In this document: piece after piece, positions 1-9,570 of the stretch
Layout: the number at the start of each line of letters is the position of its first letter
Numbering within the stretch: position 1 is the stretch's first letter
Assembly (NCBI GenBank): GCA_963977015.1
Contig: CAXBMO010000015.1
Span: forward strand, 64,001-128,000
Source of the DNA: an uncultured bacterium
GTDB lineage: Bacteria > Verrucomicrobiota > Verrucomicrobiia > Verrucomicrobiales > DEV007
Direction: 5' to 3'
Length of the DNA stretch: 64,000 nucleotides
Notes under the pieces: model-generated
Database searches by the model: none
The model's input: the letters and a program-made list of their open reading frames with translations, nothing else
What the model was told of the DNA's origin: nothing
Position numbers and translations under genes: made by a program

Positions 1-1188
1 CTAGCCCCGAAGCAATTCCTGAGCGATGGTCCGCGCGCCATCCTGAGGCACAAAGTTCACGGCTCGCTCTTCGAACGGAAGGTGGGCGAGGCGCTCAAAA
101 TGCTCATTGATCTTGGTGACAATTGCCTTCGGTGAACGGGAAAAATCTCCCAATCCATGTTCCTGGACGAAGCGGACGTTGGGGTATTCCTGGCCCGGCA
201 CAAAATCATAAAGCAGGACATAAGCGCCAACCGTCAACGCTTCCATCAACACGGTCGGACTTGCCTTGATCAGGGCCATGTCGCTCGCCGCGAGCATCTC
301 GGGAAGATTCGAGACAAAACCATGCAGATGAATGTTGTCCCCGAATTTCTGGGCTTCCAACTTTCGCTTCAGCGCCTCGTTCTTTCCGCAGACCAGATGC
401 ACGTCGATCCCTTTCGACACTTTCGCCAACGCCGGAGCAATCCGCTGAATCCCCATCCCATCGGCTCCGCCGACGCAAATCACGGAAGGTCGCTCGAAAC
501 CCAGCTCGTTGCGAAGTTGATTGCGGCGGGCGCGGAGCTCGAAAAGCCGCGAAGCCAGGGGCAGTCCGGTCAGTTGAATCTTTTCCCGAGGAATTTTCTG
601 CTTCAGCGCCCGATTCATCATCGCCTCGGTCGGCACAAAGTAGCGATCCGCGCCATGGGCAAACCAGCTCGCGTGTCCATACACCAAATCGGTCACCACG
701 GTCGCAATCTGTGGACGATTGACCATGCCCTGTACCGTCTTGTAGGTGGCGTAGGTGAGGCAGGGATGCAAAACCACAACCAAATCCGGATCGCCCTCAA
801 CAATCGAGCGGCGCAGCGCATGCTTGCTGAAACGTTGCCAGGGGTAGATCAACGTGTTGGAAAGGCGGCGCCCATTGGTCAGGTAAAACGTGGTGCGCCA
901 GAGATTCCGTTTCTCGCTCCAACGGGTATAGAGTTCCGGCATCCGATGAATCGGAAATCGCCCGGTTTCGCGCAACCCATCAACAATGTCGACATGGAGA
1001 TCCGGCCCCGCCTCGAGCAGAGCATCCCGAAGAGCGGTCGCGCATGCCCGGTGTCCGCCTCCAGTGTCAGAAATAAGCAGCCTAATTCTTCGGATTTCCG
1101 TTGCGCGATTGAGGTCGCGTTTCGAATCACCGAACCATCTTGGCCTTTGAAGTCGGATCATTTCGGGCGAAAGTTTGCGTAAGGTCAA
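1..1188 (-). CDS. MGDG synthase / UgtP-like diacylglycerol glycosyltransferase (GT28)
   Basis: N-terminal SDTGGGH motif, TVVTD, C-terminal ASD..LIKA / PGQE..N. Stop at 1-3. True start may be ATG 1161. Confidence 0.85.
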   Translation of the reverse strand: MTLRKLSPEMIRLQRPRWFGDSKRDLNRATEIRRIRLLISDTGGGHRACATALRDALLEAGPDLHVDIVDGLRETGRFPIHRMPELYTRWSEKRNLWRTTFYLTNGRRLSNTLIYPWQRFSKHALRRSIVEGDPDLVVVLHPCLTYATYKTVQGMVNRPQIATVVTDLVYGHASWFAHGADRYFVPTEAMMNRALKQKIPREKIQLTGLPLASRLFELRARRNQLRNELGFERPSVICVGGADGMGIQRIAPALAKVSKGIDVHLVCGKNEALKRKLEAQKFGDNIHLHGFVSNLPEMLAASDMALIKASPTVLMEALTVGAYVLLYDFVPGQEYPNVRFVQEHGLGDFSRSPKAIVTKINEHFERLAHLPFEERAVNFVPQDGARTIAQELLRG

Positions 1189-1385
1189 AAAATGTCACGA
1201 GCTTTTTGATAGGTTAGGATTCCTGATGCCTAGGTTGCCCGTGAAATCCGGGTATTTTGACGAAAATGTCACCAAGGCAGGGCATCTCGGATGCGATCGC
1301 GCGAGACTTTCCCTAAAAATTGATCGTATTCTCACGATTCTCAGCCAATTTACCGCGTTGCCCCTGATACTGATCCTTTAGATAC

Positions 1386-4190
1386 ATGAATTCCTTTGTT
1401 TCCGCTCGGTTGAACGCCGATCTGCTGGACGAAAAATACGCTCTTTGGAAAAACGACCCACGCTCCGTTGAAACGGATTGGTCCGCCTTTTTCGAAGGGT
1501 TCGAACTTGGAACATCCCAGCTCAAACTCGGGAAAAACGAAGGAACGAAAGCGGATGCGGGCCCTGCCGACGAACTCCAGTTGGCACGCCGTGCCCTGGT
1601 CGTGAGCATGGTCTACAACTACCGTTTGCTCGGGCACACTCAGGCTTGGCTGGATCCCCTGAGCACCTCTGCGCCACGGAACGAACGACTGAGTCTCGAA
1701 ACGCTCGGATTTACGGAAGAGGATTTGGATCGCGAAGTTCAGAGCCAATTTTTCCGCCGCGCCCGGCGGATGACGTTGCGCGCGATGATCGAGGAATTGG
1801 AGTCGATCTATTGCGATAAGATCGGATTCGAGTTCATGCACATCAACAACCACGATGTGCGCCACTGGCTCCGCGATCGGATTGAGGCACGCAATGAGCT
1901 TCCGCCGCCGAAACCCAAGAAGAAAAAGCAGGTCCTGCGCTGGTTGGTCGAGGCAGAGAGCTTTGAGCAATTTCTTCACCACAAGTATGTCGGTCAGAAA
2001 CGCTTCGGACTCGACGGTGGTGAATCCGTGATGGTGGCTCTCGGCGCGATCCTGGAAGGATGCCCTGGTGCCGGAATCGATCACATCGTCATGGGGATGG
2101 CTCACCGTGGACGCCTCAACGTTCTCGCCAACTTTCTTCGCAAGCCCCTCAAGGTGTTGCTCTACGAGTTCAGCGAAAACTATGTCCCGAACGTCGCCAT
2201 GGGCGATGGCGATGTGAAATATCACCTGGGTTTTGAGACGGAACGGAAAACGGAGAACGGCACCGAAATTGGAATTTCGCTCGCCGCGAACCCCAGCCAC
2301 CTCGAAGCGGTGAATGCCGTGGTTGAAGGAAAGGCGCGGGCCCGCCAGCGTCTGGCCAACTATCCGGACGACGACAGTGTCAACCGCGACACGGTGCTGC
2401 CCGTTCTGCTCCATGGTGATGCCGCATTTGCCGGACAGGGTCCGGTGGCGGAGGTCTTGAACCTTTCCAAACTTCCCGGCTATCGCACGGGTGGAACCAT
2501 CCACATCATCATCAACAACCAGATTGGATTCACGACTTCGCCCGAGGACGCCCGTTCATCCGACTATTGCACTGACGTGGCCAAAATGATCGAGGCCCCG
2601 ATTTTTCACGTCAACGGCGACCATCCCATGGAGGTGGCCTTCGTTACCGAATTGGCGTTGGAGTTCCGTCAAAAATACAACACGGATGTGGTTCTGGATA
2701 TCGTGTGTTATCGCCGCCACGGCCACAATGAGGGCGATGAGCCCGCCTTTACCCAGCCGCTTCGCTATCGCGACATTCGCAACCACGATGGCGTCGCCAA
2801 ACTCTTCGAGAAACAGTTGCTCGAGAATCAGGACCTGAGCGAAGAGCAGATCCAAGAGATTCACTCCGAGTTCGAAACCCGGATGAACAACGAATACGAG
2901 GCTCTGAAGGAAAAGGAGAGCAAAGGCGAAGGCCACATTTTCGCCGGTTCCTCAGCCGTGATCCAGCTTCCCTATTCCCACGCGCCATTCGAAACCGGGA
3001 TTGAAGAAGACAAGCTTCGGCACATCGCCAAGCGCCTCGGCGAATTGCCAGAGGGCTTCAAGGCCAACGACAAACTGGATAAGCGTTTTCTCGCCGTCCG
3101 CCGCAAAGCCGCGGAAAAAGGGGGCCCCTTCAACTGGGCTTTTGCCGAAAGCCTCGCCTTTGGCTCGCTCCTCATCGAAGGCTATGCCGTAAGACTTTCC
3201 GGCCAGGATTGCCGCCGCGGAACCTTCAGCCAACGCCACGTCGTCCTTTATGACGTCGAAACTCGCGAGCGCTATTTTCCGTTGAAAAATGTCGCGAAGG
3301 AAGGCGAGGAGCAGGGTCGCTTCTTCGTGTTCAACTCCCTGCTGTCCGAAGCCGCCGTTCTCGGTTTTGAATACGGCTACTCCCTCGTCGCGCAAGACAT
3401 GCTCGTGATGTGGGAAGCTCAGTTTGGCGACTTTGCCAATGGTGCGCAGGTGATTATCGATCAGTTCCTCTCATCGGCCGAATCCAAGTGGCAGCAGCCG
3501 AGCAATGTGGTGATGCTGCTTCCCCACGGCTACGAAGGCATGGGCCCCGAGCACTCCAGCGCCCGATTGGAGCGTTTCCTCCAACTCTGTGCCGACAACA
3601 ACATGCAGGTTTGCAACCTGACAACGCCCGCTCAGTACTTTCACCTTCTCCGTCGCCAGGCGCTGCGCAAACCGCGCAAACCGCTCATCTTGATGACGCC
3701 GAAGAGCTTGCTGAACCATCCGCTCTGCGTCAGCCACGAAGCCGACATGACAGGCGACACCCACTTCCAGGAAGTCATCGATGACGATCAACTGGTTGAT
3801 GATCCGGATCGCGTGACTCGCCTTGTTTTCTGTAGCGGCAAGGTCTACTACGACCTTCTCAAATACCGCAACGAGGAGAAAATCCGCAATGCCGCCATCA
3901 TTCGGTTGGAGCAATTTTACCCCTTCCACAAGGAAGCGATCGCAACGATCGTCGAGCGTTACCCACGGGCGAACAAGAAGTGGGTTTGGGCGCAGGAGGA
4001 ACCGAAGAACATGGGCGGCTGGACCTTTATTGCACCGCGATTGCAGAAAATCGCCGACAAGGTCGCTGGCGGTGATCACGTCAACCTTCGTTACGCCGGT
4101 CGCGACAGTAGCGCGAGCCCTGCTGCTGGAGCGAAGGCGATTCATGTGCGAGAACAGGCGCGGTTGGTTCGCGAAGCGTTCTCCGGTTAA
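1386..4190 (+). CDS. sucA: 2-oxoglutarate dehydrogenase E1 component
   Basis: GMAHRGRLN, GDVKYHLG, LHGDAAFAGQG, WEAQFGDFANGAQ, GPEHSSARLERFLQ motifs. Confidence 0.98.
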   Translation: MNSFVSARLNADLLDEKYALWKNDPRSVETDWSAFFEGFELGTSQLKLGKNEGTKADAGPADELQLARRALVVSMVYNYRLLGHTQAWLDPLSTSAPRNERLSLETLGFTEEDLDREVQSQFFRRARRMTLRAMIEELESIYCDKIGFEFMHINNHDVRHWLRDRIEARNELPPPKPKKKKQVLRWLVEAESFEQFLHHKYVGQKRFGLDGGESVMVALGAILEGCPGAGIDHIVMGMAHRGRLNVLANFLRKPLKVLLYEFSENYVPNVAMGDGDVKYHLGFETERKTENGTEIGISLAANPSHLEAVNAVVEGKARARQRLANYPDDDSVNRDTVLPVLLHGDAAFAGQGPVAEVLNLSKLPGYRTGGTIHIIINNQIGFTTSPEDARSSDYCTDVAKMIEAPIFHVNGDHPMEVAFVTELALEFRQKYNTDVVLDIVCYRRHGHNEGDEPAFTQPLRYRDIRNHDGVAKLFEKQLLENQDLSEEQIQEIHSEFETRMNNEYEALKEKESKGEGHIFAGSSAVIQLPYSHAPFETGIEEDKLRHIAKRLGELPEGFKANDKLDKRFLAVRRKAAEKGGPFNWAFAESLAFGSLLIEGYAVRLSGQDCRRGTFSQRHVVLYDVETRERYFPLKNVAKEGEEQGRFFVFNSLLSEAAVLGFEYGYSLVAQDMLVMWEAQFGDFANGAQVIIDQFLSSAESKWQQPSNVVMLLPHGYEGMGPEHSSARLERFLQLCADNNMQVCNLTTPAQYFHLLRRQALRKPRKPLILMTPKSLLNHPLCVSHEADMTGDTHFQEVIDDDQLVDDPDRVTRLVFCSGKVYYDLLKYRNEEKIRNAAIIRLEQFYPFHKEAIATIVERYPRANKKWVWAQEEPKNMGGWTFIAPRLQKIADKVAGGDHVNLRYAGRDSSASPAAGAKAIHVREQARLVREAFSG

Positions 4191-4228
4191 ACTCACGATC
4201 CACAATCTCATTTTTTTGATTCCTAAAA

Positions 4229-5347
4229 ATGGCTAACGAAATTCGTATCCCTTCCGTCGGAGAATCCATCACGTCCGGCACAATTGCGGAATGGCTGGTG
4301 GAAGATGGTGCTCATGTCGATTCCGGCGATGCCGTGTTGATGTTGGAAACCGACAAGATCTCCACCGAAGTTCCGGCGGAACACGCGGGAATCGTTCGCA
4401 TTCAGGTGGAAGCCGGTGAGGAAGTCGAGATCGGAGCCGTGGTTGGATCGATTGAAGAAGGCGACGCCGCTCCTTCAGCCACCGAATCCGAACCAAAGGA
4501 AGAGCCAAAAGCGGAAGCCAAATCTGAACCCGATCCTGAATCCGCCACCGAAACCAAGCCGGAATCAGAAGCGCCCGAAGAGTCCGAACCGCAGCCTGAG
4601 CTGAAAGTCGTCGAGCCGACTGCTATATCCGTGCCGGATTCGGAACGCGTGACCCGCAAGCGGATGTCTCCGCTTCGCCGCAAGATTGCCTCACACCTCG
4701 TCAACGCGCAGCAAACTGCGGCAATGCTCACGACCTTTAATGAGGTCGATATGAGCGAAGTGATGGATTTGCGCAAACAGCTTCAACCCTGGTTTGTGGA
4801 GAAGTATGGCGTGAAGCTGGGCTTCATGTCGTTTTTCGTGAAAGCCGTTGTCGAGGCTCTCAAATCCGTCCCCGCCGTGAATGGCCGGATCGATGGCGAA
4901 GACGTGATCCAACATCACTTTTATGATATTGGCGTCGCCATCGGCACCGACAAAGGCCTGATGGTTCCGGTCCTGCGGGATTGCGATCAAAAGAGCTTTG
5001 CGGACATTGAGCGCGACATCATCGCCTACGCCGAACGCGCCCGGGCCGGAAAAATCCAATTGGGAGATCTCCAGGGCGGCGTGTTCACAATTTCAAACGG
5101 TGGAATCTATGGATCCGTCCTCAGCACACCGATTCTGAACTTCCCCCAAAGTGCGATTTTGGGAATGCACGCGATTCAACAGCGCCCCATCGCCGTGGAT
5201 GGCGAAGTGGTGATTCGGCCCATGATGAACCTGGCCATGAGCTACGATCACCGCATCATCGATGGAAAAGAAGCGGTCACGTTCCTCGTCCGCATCAAGG
5301 AATGCATCGAGGCTCCCGCTCAAATGATGGTCGCGGCCAACGCCTGA
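4229..5347 (+). CDS. sucB: Dihydrolipoamide succinyltransferase E2 component
   Basis: Lipoyl domain LETDK, catalytic SYDHRIIDG, directly after sucA. Confidence 0.97.
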   Translation: MANEIRIPSVGESITSGTIAEWLVEDGAHVDSGDAVLMLETDKISTEVPAEHAGIVRIQVEAGEEVEIGAVVGSIEEGDAAPSATESEPKEEPKAEAKSEPDPESATETKPESEAPEESEPQPELKVVEPTAISVPDSERVTRKRMSPLRRKIASHLVNAQQTAAMLTTFNEVDMSEVMDLRKQLQPWFVEKYGVKLGFMSFFVKAVVEALKSVPAVNGRIDGEDVIQHHFYDIGVAIGTDKGLMVPVLRDCDQKSFADIERDIIAYAERARAGKIQLGDLQGGVFTISNGGIYGSVLSTPILNFPQSAILGMHAIQQRPIAVDGEVVIRPMMNLAMSYDHRIIDGKEAVTFLVRIKECIEAPAQMMVAANA

Positions 5348-5725
5348 TCAGGCATCGGCAGAAACGGCGGCGCCTTCAAGCTCCAACTCAATGCGGGGAG
5401 CGTCTCCCCACAGGTCTTCGAGCGCGAAATGCCCACGCTTGTCGGTGTGGAAAACGTGAACAATCACGTCCCCGTAATCGAGCACGACCCATTCGCTTTC
5501 CGGCTTTCCATCCGCGGAAGCCGGAGCCACGCCGTGGTCGTTCTTCAGCTTCTCGCGGATTTCGCGTTGGATCGCCTTGAGATGCGGTTTGGACGTTCCC
5601 GTGCAAATCACAAAGTAATCGGTGATGGAAGAAATCCCTTTCAAATCCAAAACCATGATCTCCTCCGCCTGCATGTCATCGGCAAGTGTTGCGGCGGTTT
5701 TGGCTAACTCCAGTCCTTCTATCAA
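5348..5725 (-). CDS. rsfS: Ribosome silencing factor
   Basis: DYFVICTG..., WVVLDYGDVIVHVF...R..F.LE.LW. Confidence 0.95.
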   Translation of the reverse strand: MIEGLELAKTAATLADDMQAEEIMVLDLKGISSITDYFVICTGTSKPHLKAIQREIREKLKNDHGVAPASADGKPESEWVVLDYGDVIVHVFHTDKRGHFALEDLWGDAPRIELELEGAAVSADA

Positions 5726-5818
5726 AATGTGCTCGTGTTAAAAATTCGGACACTAAGAGTACGACCGAACTGAGGAAATGCAATCGGCGTTGTCGGCCGG
5801 ATTCGTTTCCGTTAGACC

Positions 5819-5887
5819 TCGCCGTAAAGCGTGTGGCCGGTCGTCTCGGTAATCTTGACGTCAAACAGCTTCCCGATCAGGCGGTCA
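5819..5887. repeat. 69-bp direct repeat, copy 1 (displaced miaB 3' end; att-like)
   Basis: Identical to 8109-8177. With its flank it reads DRLIGKLFDVKITETTGHTLYGEV* on the minus strand (stop 5812-5814). Confidence 0.95.
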
Positions 5888-5928
5888 CGGTGATGACTTG
5901 GTTCCTAAGTCCACACACCCGTCAGCTC

Positions 5929-6789
5929 TCAATCAAGTCTCAGCTTTTGGAGCAAATTATTGACCTGCCCGAATGCATCTGTTTGCACTTGTTCTGGAGT
6001 CAGTTCCGTGAATTCCGGTGCATCCTCCAGAAACCGTCGGACGGTTGTCGGCCCGAAATCATCGCGGCTACGAAACTTCACTGCTATTTTTCGAAATCCC
6101 TCCAAGGCTATTTCATCAGCCAAAAGGGGTATACATCGTTCGGCCAGAGCAGCAATGCCACCATCAAAATTGCGAACCGAGAAATAGATATCGTAGGCAT
6201 CTTTCATCTTGTCCCGTCCACTGAGCGCATAGCCCTTCATCACCAACGTCGCGGGAATGGTAGCGATTCTCACTTCTACGGAATTCATCCGCCCGTCCGG
6301 CATATAGCCTTCCAAGTGCTTGGTGATGTTGTCTCTGATCGCAATCGAACAACCATCCACAGCTTGCACTCGCAGTCCCTCCACCAATGGTGGCCGATTT
6401 TTTACGTATTTGGCCTCGCGCGGCATCAACAAGTCAACAATCACGGGAACTGGCTCACCTCCATCATCTACGTTAATCAAGCGAAGTAGTTGAAAGGGCT
6501 TCAGGTCATCTCCACGCCGATATCCCTGCTTTTCCAGCGTTTCGACCAACTCGGCGTATTGTCCTTCAGAAAGTCCTTTCGGATTCAACCCAAGATCGAC
6601 ATCCAGGGTGCCGAGATGCGCTGGTCTTGCATGGTTCAACAGCAACCAAGGAACCGAACCGCCAACGAGGACCACATTGTTTCGAAACGGTACCAAAATC
6701 TGCCCGAGTTCGATGATAACCTGAAAAACGGCCCGAACATCCCGGTCATGGTAATCAGTTGCAATAATCGGTTCCTTCATAACTGCCAA
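5929..6789 (-). CDS. Nucleotidyltransferase toxin (AbiEii/DUF1814-like, type IV TA)
   Basis: VLVGGS...HLGTLDVDL (GG...T.D.D NTase motif), MKG...R.K.KDAYDI; overlaps the upstream antitoxin-like gene. Confidence 0.8.
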   Translation of the reverse strand: MAVMKEPIIATDYHDRDVRAVFQVIIELGQILVPFRNNVVLVGGSVPWLLLNHARPAHLGTLDVDLGLNPKGLSEGQYAELVETLEKQGYRRGDDLKPFQLLRLINVDDGGEPVPVIVDLLMPREAKYVKNRPPLVEGLRVQAVDGCSIAIRDNITKHLEGYMPDGRMNSVEVRIATIPATLVMKGYALSGRDKMKDAYDIYFSVRNFDGGIAALAERCIPLLADEIALEGFRKIAVKFRSRDDFGPTTVRRFLEDAPEFTELTPEQVQTDAFGQVNNLLQKLRLD

Positions 6790-7922
6790 TCCTTAATGAT
6801 TTTGTGTTTTAGGAGATGCTCAGCAGCTTCCTGACCCCGTTCGCCGCCAGAAACCAGATCGAGGTAGGTTTGTATTGGGTTGGTTGCCCACAGATCCGGT
6901 GAAACCTGTTCCGCCCTCCAAAAAACGGCCTCATCACGCACTTGCGTAATTACGACATTTTCACCCTCCGGAACTGTCTGCAACTGCATTGCTGCCGCAG
7001 AGTCCTCGAGATACCGAAAGCCTGGATTCAGGGTGCTCACAATATACAGCTCAGTGAATGGTGAACGCCCAAAGGGCGCATACCATTTGGCAGCAGAATA
7101 GGCGGCGTAAACAACTCGTGGCCGACGCAAATCACTATCAGGAGAGCGTTGATCATGAGCCACCTTGGAAAATTGAACGATGGCGTTTTGCAACTCCGCG
7201 CCGTGTAATGGAGTATAGTATCTCTTGGATTCCCGTTTGCCGGACTTGTAAGCCTGCCCCCACGCGATAAGTAAATCCGATGGGTTTGCGATTTGAACTC
7301 CATTCGGCGTATCCACTGCGTAGTTCTCCTCCAACAAACGATGGGTCACTTTCTGCACCATTCCCAAACTCACTCCCGAGGTTACCGCTTCCACCAACTC
7401 CCTTAAACGCCAAGATCGTTTCACATTTTCGGGATGAAGCATGGTTCGCAACACCAACTGAGCCTTCTCACTGGACCACGCAACCTTCCTAGATTCTTCC
7501 ACATACGGATTCGGGATTCCTTCACGGTGATCGTGAAATCCTCGGACGCTGATGTGACAATTGCCCGCCAAGTCGAACCATCCAAGCCCGGCTTGTTCGA
7601 TGACCTCGCCTGCGCGTCTGGAAATCCAGGGTGCTGCTAGCAGTCCGTAGACTGGCGTTTTCTTCGGCAAATTGAGGGCCGTCAGCAATGATGGTTCACA
7701 CCGGTTACGCTCCAACCGTTGCGCAAGTTTGGCAATCTCAGACGGGCGAATCGAAGATTTGCATTCGACAAGAAAAGCAACCCGACCGAGGGGGCCGTGC
7801 ATGACCGCAGCGAGATCGACGCGGTCGTCGAGCGGGAATTCGGAAACGGTTGGGGGCTCCTCCATCCAATGGTGGTTGAGAAGTTCCAGAAGCGTCACCG
7901 ATAATTGGGAAAAATAATCCAT
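6777..7922 (-). CDS. Type IV TA antitoxin-like regulator (AbiEi family, wHTH)
   Basis: GWFDLAGN, wHTH RELVEAVTSGVSLGMV, LL..W...Y, C-terminal NPIQTYLDL...GERGQEAAEHL; directly upstream of the NTase. Confidence 0.75.
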   Translation of the reverse strand: MDYFSQLSVTLLELLNHHWMEEPPTVSEFPLDDRVDLAAVMHGPLGRVAFLVECKSSIRPSEIAKLAQRLERNRCEPSLLTALNLPKKTPVYGLLAAPWISRRAGEVIEQAGLGWFDLAGNCHISVRGFHDHREGIPNPYVEESRKVAWSSEKAQLVLRTMLHPENVKRSWRLRELVEAVTSGVSLGMVQKVTHRLLEENYAVDTPNGVQIANPSDLLIAWGQAYKSGKRESKRYYTPLHGAELQNAIVQFSKVAHDQRSPDSDLRRPRVVYAAYSAAKWYAPFGRSPFTELYIVSTLNPGFRYLEDSAAAMQLQTVPEGENVVITQVRDEAVFWRAEQVSPDLWATNPIQTYLDLVSGGERGQEAAEHLLKHKIIKDWQL

Positions 7923-7931
7923 TTTCGCGGT

Positions 7932-7988
7932 TTGTTCACGTTTTGTTATTGTTCACGCCCATCGTGAACTTCTCCATTTCATGAACAA
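7932..7988. promoter_or_regulatory. Putative autoregulatory operator of the islet TA operon
   Basis: TTGTTCACG at 7932 and 7949, inverted CGTGAAC at 7963 and CATGAACAA at 7980, just upstream of the antitoxin start. Confidence 0.55.
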
Positions 7989-8095
7989 GCGCAACAGATT
8001 TCTGCAGAATCACTTGAAGCGATTTCAGCTCCTCGAATTGAGTTCAGTGCCGGTACGCTAAAATGCCGATCTTTTGGCTATAGAAAAACGAGGCT

Positions 8096-9451
8096 TCAGT
8101 CACTCACTTCGCCGTAAAGCGTGTGGCCGGTCGTCTCGGTAATCTTGACGTCAAACAGCTTCCCGATCAGGCGGTCATCGCCTTCGATGATGACGATCCG
8201 ATTGGTGCTCGTGCGGCCGCTGAGACGTTCGGCATTTCGCTTGCTGGGCCCTTCGCAGAGAATCTGAACGGTCTTGCCAACCAACGCTTCGTTCTTCCGG
8301 ATCGAGATTTCGTCCACCAAACGCAGCAAATCCTGGTTCCTCTCTTCCTTCACCCGCTCCGGCAGTTGCTCGTCCATCTCAGCTGCAGGTGTGTCCTTGC
8401 GTTTGCTGTAGCGGAATACAAATGCGTGATCGAAATCGACCCGCTTCACGACTTCCTTGGTCGCAAGGTAGTCTTCGTCCGTTTCACCAGGAAATCCGAC
8501 GATGACGTCGGTCGAAATCGCGATGTCTGGCCGGGCTTCCTTCATGCGATCGCAGATTTCGATGAACTTTTCGGCTTTGTAAGGCCGATGCATCCGCTTG
8601 AGAATGCGGTCCGATCCGGACTGCATGGGGAAGTGAACGTGGCTCGCCAGCTTTGGCAGGTAAGTGAACGCGTCGATCACGTCCTGCTTGTAACCGACCG
8701 GGTGAGGGGAGGTGAATCGAATCCGCTCTAGGCCATCGACTTCGTGGACCGCTTCCAGCAATTGGGTGAACGGCGTTTTGCCGTCAACCTTTGGAAACTC
8801 ATGGCGACCGTAGAGGTTGACGATCTGGCCAAGCAGCGTCACTTCCTTGGTTCCGCCGTCCACCAGCCGCTTGACCTCATCCACAATCTGCGAAATCGGG
8901 CGCGCCCGCTCCGATCCCCGGGTGTAGGGCACGATGCAGAAGGTGCACTTCATGTTGCAGCCCTGCATGATGCTCACGAATTCGCTGATCCCGTGGTTTT
9001 TGGTCAGGTGATCGCGAATCGTATTCTGCGATTCATCTTCCTCACCGATATCGACAATCGAATGTCGAAGATCGTCCATCTGCGCATCGAGCCGAGGCTT
9101 GAGAATGGCCTCAACATGATCCACGACCTTGTGATACTTCTGCGTTCCGGCAACGAGATCGACGTGCGGCATCTGCTCAACCAATTCGGCACCGCGACTT
9201 TGCGCCATGCAGCCGAGAAAACCGTAGACCACGTGATGCCGTTCACGACGCAACTTACTGAGCCTCGCCATATTGCCGAGTGCCTTCTGCTCTGCCTGAT
9301 CGCGCACACTACAGGTGTTCATCAGTACGACATCCGCCTCCGTCTCGTCCGCCGTCAGGGTATAACCACGCTCGACGAACATCTGCTCCACCTGTTCGGT
9401 ATCGCGAACGTTCATCTGGCAGCCATAGGTGCGAATGTAGACTTTGGGCAT
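8096..9451 (-). CDS. miaB: tRNA-2-methylthio-N6-dimethylallyladenosine synthase
   Basis: TYGCQMN, NTCSVR, GC, radical SAM CNMKCTFC, C-terminal TRAM domain. Confidence 0.96.
   Translation of the reverse strand: MPKVYIRTYGCQMNVRDTEQVEQMFVERGYTLTADETEADVVLMNTCSVRDQAEQKALGNMARLSKLRRERHHVVYGFLGCMAQSRGAELVEQMPHVDLVAGTQKYHKVVDHVEAILKPRLDAQMDDLRHSIVDIGEEDESQNTIRDHLTKNHGISEFVSIMQGCNMKCTFCIVPYTRGSERARPISQIVDEVKRLVDGGTKEVTLLGQIVNLYGRHEFPKVDGKTPFTQLLEAVHEVDGLERIRFTSPHPVGYKQDVIDAFTYLPKLASHVHFPMQSGSDRILKRMHRPYKAEKFIEICDRMKEARPDIAISTDVIVGFPGETDEDYLATKEVVKRVDFDHAFVFRYSKRKDTPAAEMDEQLPERVKEERNQDLLRLVDEISIRKNEALVGKTVQILCEGPSKRNAERLSGRTSTNRIVIIEGDDRLIGKLFDVKITETTGHTLYGEVSD
8109..8177. repeat. 69-bp direct repeat, copy 2 (within the current miaB 3' end)
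   Basis: Identical to 5819-5887. Confidence 0.95.
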
Positions 9452-9570
9452 CGGTAACGGGGGTGCAGACTATGCTCGGAAAATGCCCGGAAACAAGCGG
9501 GGAACCCGATTTCCCGCAAACTCACAGGACTGAATGCAGACGAATCCAAGAACCGTCCGTATCCGCTTCG

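Larger units (their letters stand above)
5819..8177. mobile_element. Genomic islet inserted in the miaB 3' end, carrying a type IV TA-like pair; no integrase
   Basis: Flanking perfect 69-bp direct repeats 2290 bp apart; interior visibly more AT-rich than the flanking genes. Confidence 0.75.

Noticed and set aside
1350-2504. 384-aa minus-strand ORF
   Set aside because: Antisense shadow of sucA with no recognisable motifs
5686-6489. 267-aa plus-strand ORF crossing the islet boundary
   Set aside because: Antisense to the NTase gene and the miaB repeat; no integrase or recombinase motifs
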